The notes under the pieces are model-generated. The model worked only from the letters and a program-made list of their open reading frames with translations. It was not told the origin of the DNA and did not search any database. Of a stretch of DNA of 64,000 bases, positions 1 to 10,685 are shown piece by piece. Source of the DNA: Sedimentisphaerales bacterium. Its GTDB lineage: Bacteria; Planctomycetota; Phycisphaerae; Sedimentisphaerales; Anaerobacaceae. The DNA lies in contig JAXGYC010000009.1 in NCBI GenBank assembly GCA_040772485.1, forward strand, positions 320,001-384,000. The letters run 5' to 3'. A program made the position numbers and the translations under genes. Within the stretch, counting starts at the first letter, position 1. Each line of letters begins with the position of its first letter.

Positions 1-15
1 CCGGATGCGGATCGC

Positions 16-921
16 TCATTTCTCACCCTGCCAGTCAGCACGCTCGAAGAAATCGACCAGGCCCGTCCTGCAATGCCACGCGAGTGTGAGCAGACTCAAG
101 GAAACCGTGTCATGCGGCCCGAATTTCTTCTGTCGGGCAAGGGCCTGGAGGATGCGTTCCTGCGGCCGGTCGACGGTTTCCTGCCAGGCATGAAGGGCGA
201 GGATCGCCCAGGCCAGAGACAGCGGCGCGTGCAACAACGCCACTTCCGACTGCATATACGCAATGCTGTTTTTCACGGAGTCTTTCGGCGTCAGTCCCGC
301 AAGGGCCTGCAGGCCTATGCCGGTAGTCTCCGCCGTGGGTCGCGACTCCGTTCCGAACGTGAAGGTGTTGCCGTAGTTCCAGCCGCCGGAAGGGAGTTGC
401 CGGTCCAGGAGCAGGTGGACCCCGCCCTGTGCGCGCCAGTGAGTCATTCGTCCACAGGCCCGGAGCGCCAGGATGGCGTACGCGGTCGGCTCGACCCAGG
501 GGTGCGTCCTGGCGATCCACGCCCAGCCCTTGATCGTTACGTCGTGCCCCGGCAGCGCCTCCGAGGGGTCCGGGGTGTTGACCTCAGCGCATTCGAGCAG
601 GAATTGAAGGGCTCTGGCCTGAGACTCCTGGTATTGCGGTGCGCCATGCCATGCCAGCACGGCCAGGGCGGTGGGCCAGTAGGCGTCCGGCTGCTCCGCC
701 GAGACGGGTACCCGTCCGTCCTGGGTCTGCGTATCCGCGAGGAGCCGTCTTGCGTTCTCGACCACGCGGGCGTCGCCACCGGCCGCCCGAAGCGCCAGAA
801 TCGCCCAACATGCCGCGTCGGGTCGGAAACTCCCGCCCGGCCGATTGACTACCCCCACCCCTTCGACATAACGTTCTTCCAGGGCTTTCAGGTGCCATTT
901 GTCATTTGGGTCAAGGAGCAT
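16..921 (-). CDS. Prenyltransferase/squalene oxidase repeat protein
   Basis: C-terminal part of ORF 16..3162; ATG at 921 with GGAGG upstream; QW-like repeats (TQTQDGRV, RQLPSGGWNYGN) and TALAVLA helices. Confidence 0.7.
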   Translation of the reverse strand: MLLDPNDKWHLKALEERYVEGVGVVNRPGGSFRPDAACWAILALRAAGGDARVVENARRLLADTQTQDGRVPVSAEQPDAYWPTALAVLAWHGAPQYQESQARALQFLLECAEVNTPDPSEALPGHDVTIKGWAWIARTHPWVEPTAYAILALRACGRMTHWRAQGGVHLLLDRQLPSGGWNYGNTFTFGTESRPTAETTGIGLQALAGLTPKDSVKNSIAYMQSEVALLHAPLSLAWAILALHAWQETVDRPQERILQALARQKKFGPHDTVSLSLLTLAWHCRTGLVDFFERADWQGEK

Positions 922-1077
922 TCCAAAACCTCCCAAACCACCTATGTTACCAAATTTGATGTGGCTTTTGTAGCTTTTGTTCCCCTCTGGCGATGTGAAA
1001 AGACGCGGGGCCGGGTTTGAATTCTCGTTCGCCTTCTGGTAGACTGGCGGCTTGGGATTCTTCAGGAGTGACGGACC

Positions 1078-3051
1078 ATGGGCAAGACGCTGATTCACAA
1101 GATACTGGAAGCCCATCTGGTCGCGGGCCGAATGGCGCCAGGCCAGGAGATCGGGATTCGCATCGACCAGACGCTGACCCAGGACGCCACCGGCACGACG
1201 GCTTTTCTGCTGTTCGAGTCGATGGGCGTTCCGCGCGTGCGGACGGACCTTTCGGTCAGCTACGTCGACCACAACATGGCCGGGTTCGGGCCGGAGAACC
1301 ACAACGACCATCTGTATCTCCAGACCGTCGCGGCCAAGAGCGGCGTCTACCATTCCCGCGCCGGCAATGGGATTTGCCATCAGGTACACCTGGAGCGGTT
1401 CGGCAAGCCCGGCGCGACGCTGCTGGGCAGCGACTCGCACACCCCAACCGGCGGCGGAATCGGCATGGTCGCGATCGGGGCCGGCGGACTCGACGTGGCG
1501 GTGGCGATGGCGGGCGGGCCGTTCTACCTGACCTGTCCGAAGGTCCTGGGCGTCAAGCTGACCGGCCGATTGAGCGACTGGGTCGCGGCCAAGGACGTGA
1601 TCCTCAAGCTGCTCAGCATTCTGTCGACGAAGGGCAACGTGGGCTGGGCGGTCGAATACTTCGGTCCCGGCGTCCGGACGTTGAGCGTCCCCCAGAGAGC
1701 GACAATTACGAACATGGGCGCCGAGCTGGGCGTCACGACGAGCCTGTTCGGCAGCGACGAGCAGACACGGGCTTTCCTGATCGCCCAGAAGCGCCAGAAG
1801 GACTATCAGCCCTTGCAGGCCGATGCGGACGCCGAGTACGACCGGGTCATCGAAATCGACCTGTCGCAACTCGAACCGCTGGCGGCCTGTCCCTCGTCGC
1901 CGGACAACGTCAAGACGGTTCGCGAAATCGCCGGGACCAAGGTCGGCCAGGTCGCGATCGGCAGTTGCACGAATTCCAGCTACACCGATCTGATGATGGT
2001 CGCTCAGGTCCTCAAAGCTCGCCGCGTCCACCCGATGGTCGAGCTTGGCATTTCGCCGGGCAGCCGGGAAGTGCTGAACATGCTGGCCCGCAACGGCGCG
2101 CTGGCCGATCTGATCGCCGCCGGGGCGCGGATTCTCGAATCGGGCTGCGGGCCGTGCATCGGCCAGGGCTTTTCGCCCGCCGACGACATGGTGAGCCTGC
2201 GGACGTTCAACCGCAACTTTGCCGGACGGACAGGGACCAAGGGCGACAAGGCTTATCTGGTCAGTCCCGAGACCGCCGTCGCGGCGGCTTTGACGGGCGA
2301 GATCACCGATCCGCGCGACTTGTCCGAACGAAGGGGCATTGCGTTTCCGACGATCGAGATGCCTGGGGAGTTCCACATCGACGACAGCATGATCGAGGCG
2401 CCTTTGGACGAGGCACAGGCGAGGAAGGCCGAGGTGTTGCGGGGCCGCACGATCGTCGTGCCCGAGGCGCCGCCGGCGCTTCAGAAGAAGCTCGACGGCC
2501 GGGTCCTGCTCAAATGCGGCGACAAGATTACCACCGACCACATCATGCCGGCCGGGACGTTCCTCAAGTTGCGGTCGAACGTGCCGGAGTACGCGAAGGT
2601 CGTGTTCAACTGCTTCAACGAGCCGGGCTCGCCGACGTTTGCCGAGCGGGCGCTGGCGCTCAAGAGCAAGGGCATTGCCGGCATCATTGTCGCCGGCGAG
2701 AGCTATGGGCAAGGCTCGTCGCGCGAGCACGCGGCGCTTTGCCCGATGTACCTGGGCGTCCGCGCGGTCATCGCCAAGACGATCGAACGAATCCACCGCG
2801 CCAATCTGATCAACTTCTGCATCGTTCCGATCCGGTTCGCCGATCCGGCCGATTACGACAGGCTCGAAGCAGGCGATGCGCTGGTCATCGACGATCTGAT
2901 CGGCGCGGTCAGGAATGCCCAGACGGTCAGGGTCGCCCGCCCGAGCGATGGCTTCCAGTTCGTCGGCAATCTGGAGCTGTCGAGCCGTGACCGCGAAGTC
3001 CTGCTGACCGCCGGCCTGCTGAGCTACACGCGAGAAAAGGCCCATGCGTGA
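1078..3051 (+). CDS. Aconitate hydratase (single-chain aconitase family)
   Basis: DQTLTQDATGT, GICHQVH, GSDSHT, IGSCTNS, GCGPCIG, TTDHI and YGQGSSREHAA motifs. Confidence 0.93.
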   Translation: MGKTLIHKILEAHLVAGRMAPGQEIGIRIDQTLTQDATGTTAFLLFESMGVPRVRTDLSVSYVDHNMAGFGPENHNDHLYLQTVAAKSGVYHSRAGNGICHQVHLERFGKPGATLLGSDSHTPTGGGIGMVAIGAGGLDVAVAMAGGPFYLTCPKVLGVKLTGRLSDWVAAKDVILKLLSILSTKGNVGWAVEYFGPGVRTLSVPQRATITNMGAELGVTTSLFGSDEQTRAFLIAQKRQKDYQPLQADADAEYDRVIEIDLSQLEPLAACPSSPDNVKTVREIAGTKVGQVAIGSCTNSSYTDLMMVAQVLKARRVHPMVELGISPGSREVLNMLARNGALADLIAAGARILESGCGPCIGQGFSPADDMVSLRTFNRNFAGRTGTKGDKAYLVSPETAVAAALTGEITDPRDLSERRGIAFPTIEMPGEFHIDDSMIEAPLDEAQARKAEVLRGRTIVVPEAPPALQKKLDGRVLLKCGDKITTDHIMPAGTFLKLRSNVPEYAKVVFNCFNEPGSPTFAERALALKSKGIAGIIVAGESYGQGSSREHAALCPMYLGVRAVIAKTIERIHRANLINFCIVPIRFADPADYDRLEAGDALVIDDLIGAVRNAQTVRVARPSDGFQFVGNLELSSRDREVLLTAGLLSYTREKAHA

Positions 3052-3574
3052 GCGAGTGATCAGCGTCTTCGGCACGGCGCGGGCCCGCGCGGGCCAGCCG
3101 GTGTTTGCCGCGGCCGAGCAGTTGGGCCGGGGGCTGGCGCAGGCGGGTTTTGCGGTTGCCAACGGAGGCTACGGTGGTACCATGCTGGCGACGGCCAAAG
3201 GCGCCCGCGAGGCCGGCGGAACGGTGATTGGCGTGACCTGTTCGGCGTTCAAGAACAGCGTCGCCAACGAGTTCGTCAGCGAGCAGGTGACGACGGTCTC
3301 GTTGGACGAGCGGCTCGACACGCTGGTCCGCCTCGGCACGGGCTACGTCGTTCTGCCGGGCGGGACCGGGACGCTGCTGGAGCTGGCGAAGGTCTGGGAG
3401 CTGAAGAACAAGAGGTTCTTCGACCGGCGCAAGCCGATCGTGCTGTTGGGGGATTTCTGGAGGCCTTTGGTCGACTTGGTCTGCCGCGACGATCCGCGCA
3501 GCGCCGAACAGGTGAGTTTCGCCGCCGGGCCGGCCGATGCGGTCGAACGCATCAAGGAGGCTCTCGGGGATTAG
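3044..3574 (+). CDS. LOG family nucleotide phosphoribohydrolase
   Basis: GGYGGTM and LPGGTGTLLEL (PGGxGTxxE) motifs; overlaps the aconitase stop. Confidence 0.85.
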   Translation: MRERVISVFGTARARAGQPVFAAAEQLGRGLAQAGFAVANGGYGGTMLATAKGAREAGGTVIGVTCSAFKNSVANEFVSEQVTTVSLDERLDTLVRLGTGYVVLPGGTGTLLELAKVWELKNKRFFDRRKPIVLLGDFWRPLVDLVCRDDPRSAEQVSFAAGPADAVERIKEALGD

Positions 3575-3583
3575 CCCGAGGAT

Positions 3584-4435
3584 GTGAAGATGAGGACGAA
3601 ACGGATGAATGTCTCAAGGATGGTTTTTGGCGTGGTCCTGCTGGCCGCGATTTCGGCGAATGCGGCCGAGACCTCGACCGCTCCACTGGTGCCCGACGGC
3701 ACGGTCCTTCAGGCGACCGATGGCACGCTGGCTCGCAGCGACAGCAACGATCTCTGGCTGTTCCAGTTCGTTCGGGACGTCAACGACGTCGGCGGTGCGT
3801 TGCCGGCAGGCTCGCAACTCCAGGTGCTGCCCTCTGTAATCCTGGACAGCATGGTCGCCGACGCCAACGACCGTCTCCTGCCTCGCTACCGGCTCAGCGC
3901 CCTGGTGACGCGGTACCGCGGGATGAACTACCTGTTTCCCAGCTATTATCTGCCGTTGAGCAAGTTGAAGGGCGCCGACGAGCCGCAGGAGGAACCTGAG
4001 GAACGTCTTGAGACTGTGTCGGATCCCGGCGTCGGGCCGGGCGGTCCGCTGGAGATTCCGGAGGAGGTTCTCGATCGGATACGGACCCGGCGACAGGCGC
4101 GCGGGCCCCAGCGCAGAGAGACCGACCAGGCCACCGGCCCCGAAGAAACCGGGCGCCGGGCGAGAACGCGCGTGCTCGTGGATCGAGTCGGTTTCATCGA
4201 ATTCACCCAGGGCCACCCGGTGTTCGTCCCGGACGGCCTCGGCCGGGGCGTCTCCGAGACCCGCTACACGTTGCTGCCGTGCAGCGCCCTGGAGCAGGCC
4301 GAACGACGGCTCGCGGCGTTCCCCCAGCCGATCCGGTTCAACGTCGCCGGGCTGGTCACCGAATACCAGGGCCGGAAGTATCTGCTGCTGCAACGGGCCA
4401 TCCGTGTCTACAACTACGGCAACTTCGGTGGGTAG
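3584..4435 (+). CDS. Hypothetical exported protein (start uncertain)
   Basis: In operon position; signal-peptide-like VFGVVLLAAISANA; two similar halves ending VTRYRGMNYL / VTEYQGRKYL. Confidence 0.7.
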   Translation: MKMRTKRMNVSRMVFGVVLLAAISANAAETSTAPLVPDGTVLQATDGTLARSDSNDLWLFQFVRDVNDVGGALPAGSQLQVLPSVILDSMVADANDRLLPRYRLSALVTRYRGMNYLFPSYYLPLSKLKGADEPQEEPEERLETVSDPGVGPGGPLEIPEEVLDRIRTRRQARGPQRRETDQATGPEETGRRARTRVLVDRVGFIEFTQGHPVFVPDGLGRGVSETRYTLLPCSALEQAERRLAAFPQPIRFNVAGLVTEYQGRKYLLLQRAIRVYNYGNFGG

Positions 4436-4441
4436 AATCTG

Positions 4442-5761
4442 ATGAGCGAAGGGCTGCAAGATCTGCTGATCCTTACGTCGGACCCGCAGGCCAGGGCGAG
4501 ACTCGCGAAGCTGCGACTCGACATGCTCGGCGCTGCGCGGTCGGCGAGCGAGAACAGCGAGCAGAATCGAACCGTTGTCGAGGTCCTTCGTGACATCCGC
4601 GAACGGGGCGATGAGGCGGTTGCCGCCTATACCGAGAAGTTCGACCGAGTCACTTTGCGGCCCGACGAGTTTCGCGTCGGCCCCGATGCGCTGGCTGCCG
4701 CCCATGCTTCGATGGACACAGCGCTGTTGGCGGCGCTGCGCAAGGCCATCGAGAACGTCCGCGCGTATCAGACGAAGATCTTCCTTGGCGGCCATTCCTC
4801 CTTCTTCGATGGAACGGGCATCCGATACACGCCGATCCGCCGGGCCGGCGTCTGCGTTCCCGGCGCCTCAGCGCCGCTGCCTTCGACGGTCATCATGACC
4901 GTGGTCCCCGCCCAGGTGGCGGGCGTCCGGGAGATCGCGGTGGTTTCGCCGCCGCGTCACGAGGGCGGCATCCATCCGGTCATCCTCGCGGTCTGTCACG
5001 AGCTGGGCGTCGAGGAGGTCTATCGCATCGGAGGGGTGCAGGCGGTCGGCGCCCTGGCCTGCGGGACACAGAGCATTCGCAAGGTGGACATCATCGTCGG
5101 ACCGGGCAACTCCTGGGTCCAGTCGGCCAAGAAGAACGTCGCGGGCGATTACGTGGGGATCGACTCGATCGCCGGGCCGAGCGAGGTGTTCATCCTCGCC
5201 AACGACCAGGCCGATCCCGCCTGGGTCGCGGCCGACATGCTCAGCCAGGCCGAACACGCCGCCGACAGCAGCGCCATCGTGGCGACCGATTCCGAACCGC
5301 TGGCCCGCGCCGTCGTCGCACAGCTCGCCTCGCAGCTCGCGCAGCTTCCCCGAGCCGACGACGCGAGGACCTCGCTGAAGCGATTCAGCCGCGTCATCGT
5401 GGTGGCGGATATGGATGCGGCTGTGGACCTGGCCAATGAGTTCGCCTCCGAGCACCTGGAAATCCAGTGCGGCTCGCGCAGCCGGGAGATTGCGGACCGG
5501 ATCACCAACGCCGGAGCGATCTTCATCGGTCCCCATACGCCGGTTGCCGTCGGCGACTATTGGGCCGGGCCGAGCCACACTCTGCCCACCGGCACGCGGG
5601 CCAAGTTCTCCAGCGCCCTGACCAGCAACGACTTCCTCAAGTCCATCAGCCTGATCGAATACAGCGCCGAGCGACTGGCCGGCTGTGCCGACGACATCAT
5701 CCGCCTCGCCCAAGTCGAAGGCCTCGACGCTCACGCTCGCAGCGTCCAGATTCGCCTGTAG
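4442..5761 (+). CDS. hisD: Histidinol dehydrogenase
   Basis: IVGPGN, IDSIAGPSE, DMLSQAEH, SEHLEI, GDYWAGPSHTLPT, EGLDAHA. Confidence 0.96.
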   Translation: MSEGLQDLLILTSDPQARARLAKLRLDMLGAARSASENSEQNRTVVEVLRDIRERGDEAVAAYTEKFDRVTLRPDEFRVGPDALAAAHASMDTALLAALRKAIENVRAYQTKIFLGGHSSFFDGTGIRYTPIRRAGVCVPGASAPLPSTVIMTVVPAQVAGVREIAVVSPPRHEGGIHPVILAVCHELGVEEVYRIGGVQAVGALACGTQSIRKVDIIVGPGNSWVQSAKKNVAGDYVGIDSIAGPSEVFILANDQADPAWVAADMLSQAEHAADSSAIVATDSEPLARAVVAQLASQLAQLPRADDARTSLKRFSRVIVVADMDAAVDLANEFASEHLEIQCGSRSREIADRITNAGAIFIGPHTPVAVGDYWAGPSHTLPTGTRAKFSSALTSNDFLKSISLIEYSAERLAGCADDIIRLAQVEGLDAHARSVQIRL

Positions 5762-5770
5762 TTGTAGCGC

Positions 5771-6781
5771 CTATATGCCCCAATCCAGCCGGTCGCGATA
5801 GCGCCAGTAGAACCGACCGAGACCGTTGGCCAGGACCAGGAGCAGGTAGATCTGCACCGCCAGGCGGAGAAACGCCCAGATCGGCAAGCGAGGTATGACC
5901 GCCGTGGCCAGAGCGGCGATGGCCAGGAAGAACAGGACCAGGGCGCCATAGGGCAGGAGGGTCCGCCATATCGACTGGAGGATCAGCAGGGGGTTCAGCG
6001 CTTCGAAGGAATCGAAGATCACCCCGCCCAGAAACGACATGGGCAGAAAGAAAACGCCGACGGCCCCGAGTAGCCAATACCATGCGTCGGTCCGCTCGGT
6101 CAGGACGTAGTACACGGCCACGGGCCAGCACGAGATGGCGACACAGGCGATCAAGAGGATGGTTTGTGACAGAAGGTCACCCAGGCTCAATGCGCGCGTC
6201 ATCTGGATATCCGAGGCGCGCCGGTGGCCCCTGGAACTGTCGACCACGCAGTGCGCAATGTAGTAGCACACATAGCACGCAAAGACGATGTAGAACGGCA
6301 ATGTCAGCAGTCGCGTCAGATACGCGGCGCCGCCCCCGGGAAGAGCCGGCCCGATGAACCCGGCCAAGAGATTGCCCACGAACGCCACGATCTGCGGCGC
6401 GATCACGAACACTCCGATGTTCACGGCCCCGGAACTGCTGACCGGATAGGCCAGGGCGTCGAGGAACCAGGGCAACCGCGGCTCCTCCATCACCTCGGCC
6501 AGAGGGTCGGCCGGGAGGGGGACACTCTGACCCTGCTCGGCCTCCGACGTCACGACCTCATCGGCTTGGCTGCGGGGCAGAGGTGCCTGAGCTGGAGCGG
6601 GCAGATCGAGAAGGTCATCCAGAGTCGGCTTTTTGGGGACGACGGCCTCAGGCGCCGCCGGCTCGGGCGCCGGCGGGACCTGGATCCTGGCCTTGCAGCG
6701 TGGACAGCGTCCGCTCCTGCCGGCCTGCTCGTCCGGCACTCGGATCTTCTGACCGCAGTTCGAGCAGCGAAATGTCACCAT
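5771..6781 (-). CDS. Zn-ribbon membrane protein (DUF4013-like TM region), paralog 1
   Basis: N-terminal CSNC...CPRC, Pro-rich linker, multiple TM helices, ends DRLDWGI. Confidence 0.75.
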   Translation of the reverse strand: MVTFRCSNCGQKIRVPDEQAGRSGRCPRCKARIQVPPAPEPAAPEAVVPKKPTLDDLLDLPAPAQAPLPRSQADEVVTSEAEQGQSVPLPADPLAEVMEEPRLPWFLDALAYPVSSSGAVNIGVFVIAPQIVAFVGNLLAGFIGPALPGGGAAYLTRLLTLPFYIVFACYVCYYIAHCVVDSSRGHRRASDIQMTRALSLGDLLSQTILLIACVAISCWPVAVYYVLTERTDAWYWLLGAVGVFFLPMSFLGGVIFDSFEALNPLLILQSIWRTLLPYGALVLFFLAIAALATAVIPRLPIWAFLRLAVQIYLLLVLANGLGRFYWRYRDRLDWGI

Positions 6782-6822
6782 ATCTTCTCTTCCTCCGGCG
6801 TCATTCTCTGCAAACGTCGTCC

Positions 6823-7818
6823 TCAGAGTCCCCAGTCGAGACGGTCGGCGTTGCGCCAATAGAAGCGGCCCAGCACGTGCGCCAGGACAAACGGTATATA
6901 GCTGGTCAGGATGAGGCCGGCCGCATCCCGCACGATAGAGGGCACGGCATCCTCCGGGCTTCTCCCCACGAGCCAGAACAAGCCTGCGAACGGCAGAATG
7001 AGCGAGATCAGGCCGACGTACTGAAGGAATGTGTGGAAGATCGAGACTATCAGGAAGACCGGATTCAGCGCGCTGATCGAGTCGTTGACGACCATCGCCA
7101 GCAGGCCGATCGGGAAGAACACCAGACTGTACGCTGCGAGGCCCCAGAAGATCGCATCACGCCGCGGGACAGACATCGCGTAGAGAACGGGCGGGAGCAG
7201 GTATACGATATAGACCGCCAGCAGGTACGCCACGCGCGACCACATGTCCCCGAGTCCGACTCCGACGAATTCCGGGGCCCGCGTGCCGCCCAGGGCGCTG
7301 TCGTAGACACACTCGGCCAGGTACCAGGCGGCGTAAAGGCCGAGGATGACGGAGGCGAGGAAGAACACGAAGCCGATGCGCCCGAGCAGCGGGAGGTAGG
7401 ACTGGATGAGGGCCAACACCAGCGGCGCGCCGATGAGCACCGCCATTACGATCAGGCCCGATGCGCTGGTGGGGTACAGCAGGATGTCGATCGGCCAGGC
7501 GAAACGGCGCTCGCCCGTGTGCGGAGGCTTGCGCTGGATGCCGAGCGACGTCAGGAGTCGCTCCTCCTCCTGCCTGTGCTCCGCAATCCGGTCCCGCAGT
7601 TCCTGCTCGTCGGGCAGATCCAGCATCGCCTTGTCCAGCGGCTTGGCCGGCGCGATAAGCGTCAGTTCGTCTCCTTGCGTCTCGACGACCGGCTCGGGGG
7701 CCGACGCCTGCGGGATCGCGATCTCGGCCTTGCACCGGGGGCATCGGCTCATGCGACCGGCCCAATCCTCCCGGACGACAAGTCTCTGCGAACAATTCGG
7801 ACAGCGAAACTCCAGCAT
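6823..7818 (-). CDS. Zn-ribbon membrane protein (DUF4013-like TM region), paralog 2
   Basis: N-terminal CPNC...CPRC, multiple TM helices, ends DRLDWGL. Confidence 0.75.
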   Translation of the reverse strand: MLEFRCPNCSQRLVVREDWAGRMSRCPRCKAEIAIPQASAPEPVVETQGDELTLIAPAKPLDKAMLDLPDEQELRDRIAEHRQEEERLLTSLGIQRKPPHTGERRFAWPIDILLYPTSASGLIVMAVLIGAPLVLALIQSYLPLLGRIGFVFFLASVILGLYAAWYLAECVYDSALGGTRAPEFVGVGLGDMWSRVAYLLAVYIVYLLPPVLYAMSVPRRDAIFWGLAAYSLVFFPIGLLAMVVNDSISALNPVFLIVSIFHTFLQYVGLISLILPFAGLFWLVGRSPEDAVPSIVRDAAGLILTSYIPFVLAHVLGRFYWRNADRLDWGL

Positions 7819-7883
7819 AAGACCCTCGAGGTCTGATGGGCGGACGACGGTCGGCCCCGCACATCGCATCCACCCAAGAGGTC

Positions 7884-10601
7884 CTATGTGCTGAGCTTTG
7901 CCCCAATCAGCGCCTTGGCGCGGGCAAGGGCCTCGTCGAGCTTGGCGGGGTCTTTGCCGCCGGCCTGGGCCATCTGGGGTCGGCCGCCGCCACCGCCACC
8001 GACGATCGGGGCGATCTCCTTGATGACGTCGCCGGCTTTGAGACCTTTTTTGACCAGATCGTCCGTCACGCCGGCCAGCAGCGTCGCCTTGCCGTCCTCC
8101 TCGAAGCCCAGCACGATAGCGGCCGAAACCGCCTTCTTCTTGAGCATGTCCACGGCCTCACGGGCCCGCTCTATGGAAGTAGACGCGAGGCGGCCGACGA
8201 TAATCGAGGAATCTCCGGCTTTTTCGCAGGCGTCGAGCAGATCGCGGGCCTCGGCCATGGTGTCGGGTCCGGCGGTCCTGGAGGCGTTCTTGATCTCCCT
8301 GGCGAGCTTCCTGTTGTCTTCCATGAGCTGCGCGACGCGGTCGGCGAGCTTGTCGGCGGGGATCTGAAGCAGGGCGGTCAGGCGGTCGATGACCTCGCCG
8401 GCCTGTTCGAGATGGGCCATGAGAGCGGCGCCGGTCATTGCGGTGATGCGGCGGACGCCCGCGGAGATGCTCTCCTCTTTGAGGATCTTGAAACCGCCGA
8501 TCGAGCCGAGCTGGTCTACGTGGGTCCCGCCGCAGAATTCCCGGCTGAACGCCCTGTCGAGCTCGTTCTCGCTGCCAGCGCCGACGGCCACGACCCGGAC
8601 CTCCTCGCCGTATTTCTCGCCGAACAGCGCCATCGCGCCGAGCTTTTGCGCCTGGTCCTTGGGCATCACCGTCCAGGTCACGGGCAGATCGGAGGCGATC
8701 TTCTCGCGGACCAGCGTCTCGACCCTGGCCAGTTCGTCCTTCGTCGGCGCCTTGGGATACGTGAAGTCGAAGCGAAGGTAATCGGGTCCCACGTAACTGC
8801 CCTGTTGGGACACGGACTTGCCGAGCACCTGCTGCAACGCCCACTGGAGCAGGTGGGTGGCGGTGTGATTCTTCTTGATCGCGTTGCGGTCCTTGTTGAC
8901 GATCGCGGTGACGGCCTGGCCCGCGCTGAGCGCGCCCTTGGTCAACGTGCCCCGATGGACGACGCAGTTGGCGATGCGCATCGTGGCCTCGACGACGAAC
9001 TCGCTGCCGTCGGCGACGATCACGCCGCAATCGCCGACCTGGCCGCCTGACTCGGCGTAGAAACACGTCTTGTCGAGAACCAGACCGACCTCGATGTCAC
9101 GAGGCACCTGGCCCTGCCTCTTGAAGCCTTCCGGATCGATCCAGCCGAGCAGAGTGCTGTCGCAGCGATCCGTGCGATACTTGTGCATGTCCTCGGTGGT
9201 CGGCAGTTCGTTGTCCGTCAGGTTGGCCAGCAGGGCGTCGCTCTTCTTGGCGGCCCGGGCTCGCTCCCGTTGCTCGTCCATCAACTCGGCGAAGCGATTC
9301 GTGTCCACCGCCAGACCCCGCTCCTGGGCCATCAGTTGCGTCAGGTCAAGCGGGAAGCCGTAGGTGTCGTAGAGCTGGAAGGCGTCGTCGCCAGGGATAG
9401 TCTTGCCGGAGGTTGCGGCGGCCCGCTTGGCGGCGCTGCGGAAGATCTCCAGCCCACGGTCGAGCGTTCGACCGAAGCTGGCCTCCTCCGCTTCCACGAC
9501 TGTCGCGACGTGGTCCGCCCGATCTCGAATCTCGGGGAAGGCCTCGCCGAGCACGTCGATCACGACGGGGATCAGCTTGTGCAGGAAGGGCTCGCGCATG
9601 TCGAGCTCCCGCCCGAATCGTGACGCCCGCCGCAGGATGCGCCGAATGACATAGCCCCGCCCGTCGTTGGAGGGCGTCGCGCCATCGGTGATGGCGAACA
9701 CGAGCGTGCGCACGTGGTCCGCGATCACGCGGAACGCGTTGTCGGTCTTGTTGCCGAGCTTGGATGTGTAGGTGTGGCCGCTCAATTCGCTCGTGCGCTG
9801 AATGATCGGCATGAACAGGTCGGTATCGTAGTTGCCGGCCTTGTTCTGGAGCACCGAGACGATGCGTTCGAGCCCGGCGCCGGTGTCCACGCCGTGCGCC
9901 GAGAGCGGCACCAGACGGCCGGAAGGCTGGCGATTGTACTGGATGAACACCAGGTTCCACAGCTCGATGAACCGGGCGCAGTCGCCGTTGACGCCGCAGC
10001 GGTGGCCCGGCACGCCCTTCATATCACACGCTTCGGGGCCGAGGTCGATGTGAATCTCGCTGCACGGGCCGCACGGACCGGTGTCACCCATCTCCCAGAA
10101 GTTGTCCTTCTTGCCGAACCCCAGCACGCGCTCGGGCCGGATCGGCGTGACCTTCGTCCAGAGTCGCGCGGCTTCTTCGTCTTTGGGCAGGCCGTCTTTC
10201 TCGTCACCCGCGAAAACCGATGCCCACAACCGATCGGGATTGATCTGCCAGACCTTGGTGAGCAGCTCCCACGCCCACTCGATCGCCTCGGCCTTGAAGT
10301 AATCTCCGAACGACCAGTTGCCGAGCATTTCGAAGAACGTGTGATGGCGGGTGTCCTTGCCGACCTCTTCGAGGTCGTTGTGCTTGCCGCTGACGCGCAG
10401 GCACTTCTGGCTGTTGACGGCCCGTGGCCACTGCGGCGCCGTCAGTCCCACGAAGATGTCTTTGAACTGGTTCATCCCAGCGTTCGTGAACAGCAGCGTC
10501 TCATCGCCGTGCGGCACGAGCGGCGAACTGGGAACGAACGTGTGGCCTTTTCCAAGGAAGAATTCGATGAAGCTCTTTCGGATTTCGCGGGCGGTTAACA
10601 C
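7884..10601 (-). CDS. alaS: Alanine--tRNA ligase
   Basis: LLFTNAGMNQFK, HHTFFEMLGNWSFGDYFK, HTATHLL, FCGGTH, GGGGGGRPQMAQAGG; GTG start at 10601 with GAGGT RBS. Confidence 0.97.
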   Translation of the reverse strand: MLTAREIRKSFIEFFLGKGHTFVPSSPLVPHGDETLLFTNAGMNQFKDIFVGLTAPQWPRAVNSQKCLRVSGKHNDLEEVGKDTRHHTFFEMLGNWSFGDYFKAEAIEWAWELLTKVWQINPDRLWASVFAGDEKDGLPKDEEAARLWTKVTPIRPERVLGFGKKDNFWEMGDTGPCGPCSEIHIDLGPEACDMKGVPGHRCGVNGDCARFIELWNLVFIQYNRQPSGRLVPLSAHGVDTGAGLERIVSVLQNKAGNYDTDLFMPIIQRTSELSGHTYTSKLGNKTDNAFRVIADHVRTLVFAITDGATPSNDGRGYVIRRILRRASRFGRELDMREPFLHKLIPVVIDVLGEAFPEIRDRADHVATVVEAEEASFGRTLDRGLEIFRSAAKRAAATSGKTIPGDDAFQLYDTYGFPLDLTQLMAQERGLAVDTNRFAELMDEQRERARAAKKSDALLANLTDNELPTTEDMHKYRTDRCDSTLLGWIDPEGFKRQGQVPRDIEVGLVLDKTCFYAESGGQVGDCGVIVADGSEFVVEATMRIANCVVHRGTLTKGALSAGQAVTAIVNKDRNAIKKNHTATHLLQWALQQVLGKSVSQQGSYVGPDYLRFDFTYPKAPTKDELARVETLVREKIASDLPVTWTVMPKDQAQKLGAMALFGEKYGEEVRVVAVGAGSENELDRAFSREFCGGTHVDQLGSIGGFKILKEESISAGVRRITAMTGAALMAHLEQAGEVIDRLTALLQIPADKLADRVAQLMEDNRKLAREIKNASRTAGPDTMAEARDLLDACEKAGDSSIIVGRLASTSIERAREAVDMLKKKAVSAAIVLGFEEDGKATLLAGVTDDLVKKGLKAGDVIKEIAPIVGGGGGGRPQMAQAGGKDPAKLDEALARAKALIGAKLST

Positions 10602-10685
10602 TGTGTTTGCACCTCGGGTCAGGTTCTTTCCAACAATTCCGTCCGTGGCGAACGGCAAGTCATCCTTATTCGACGACACGGTCTG

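Noticed and set aside
922..3162. N-terminal 747 aa of the 1048-aa minus-strand ORF
   Set aside because: Antisense shadow of the aconitase gene; only 16-921 has protein motifs and an RBS.
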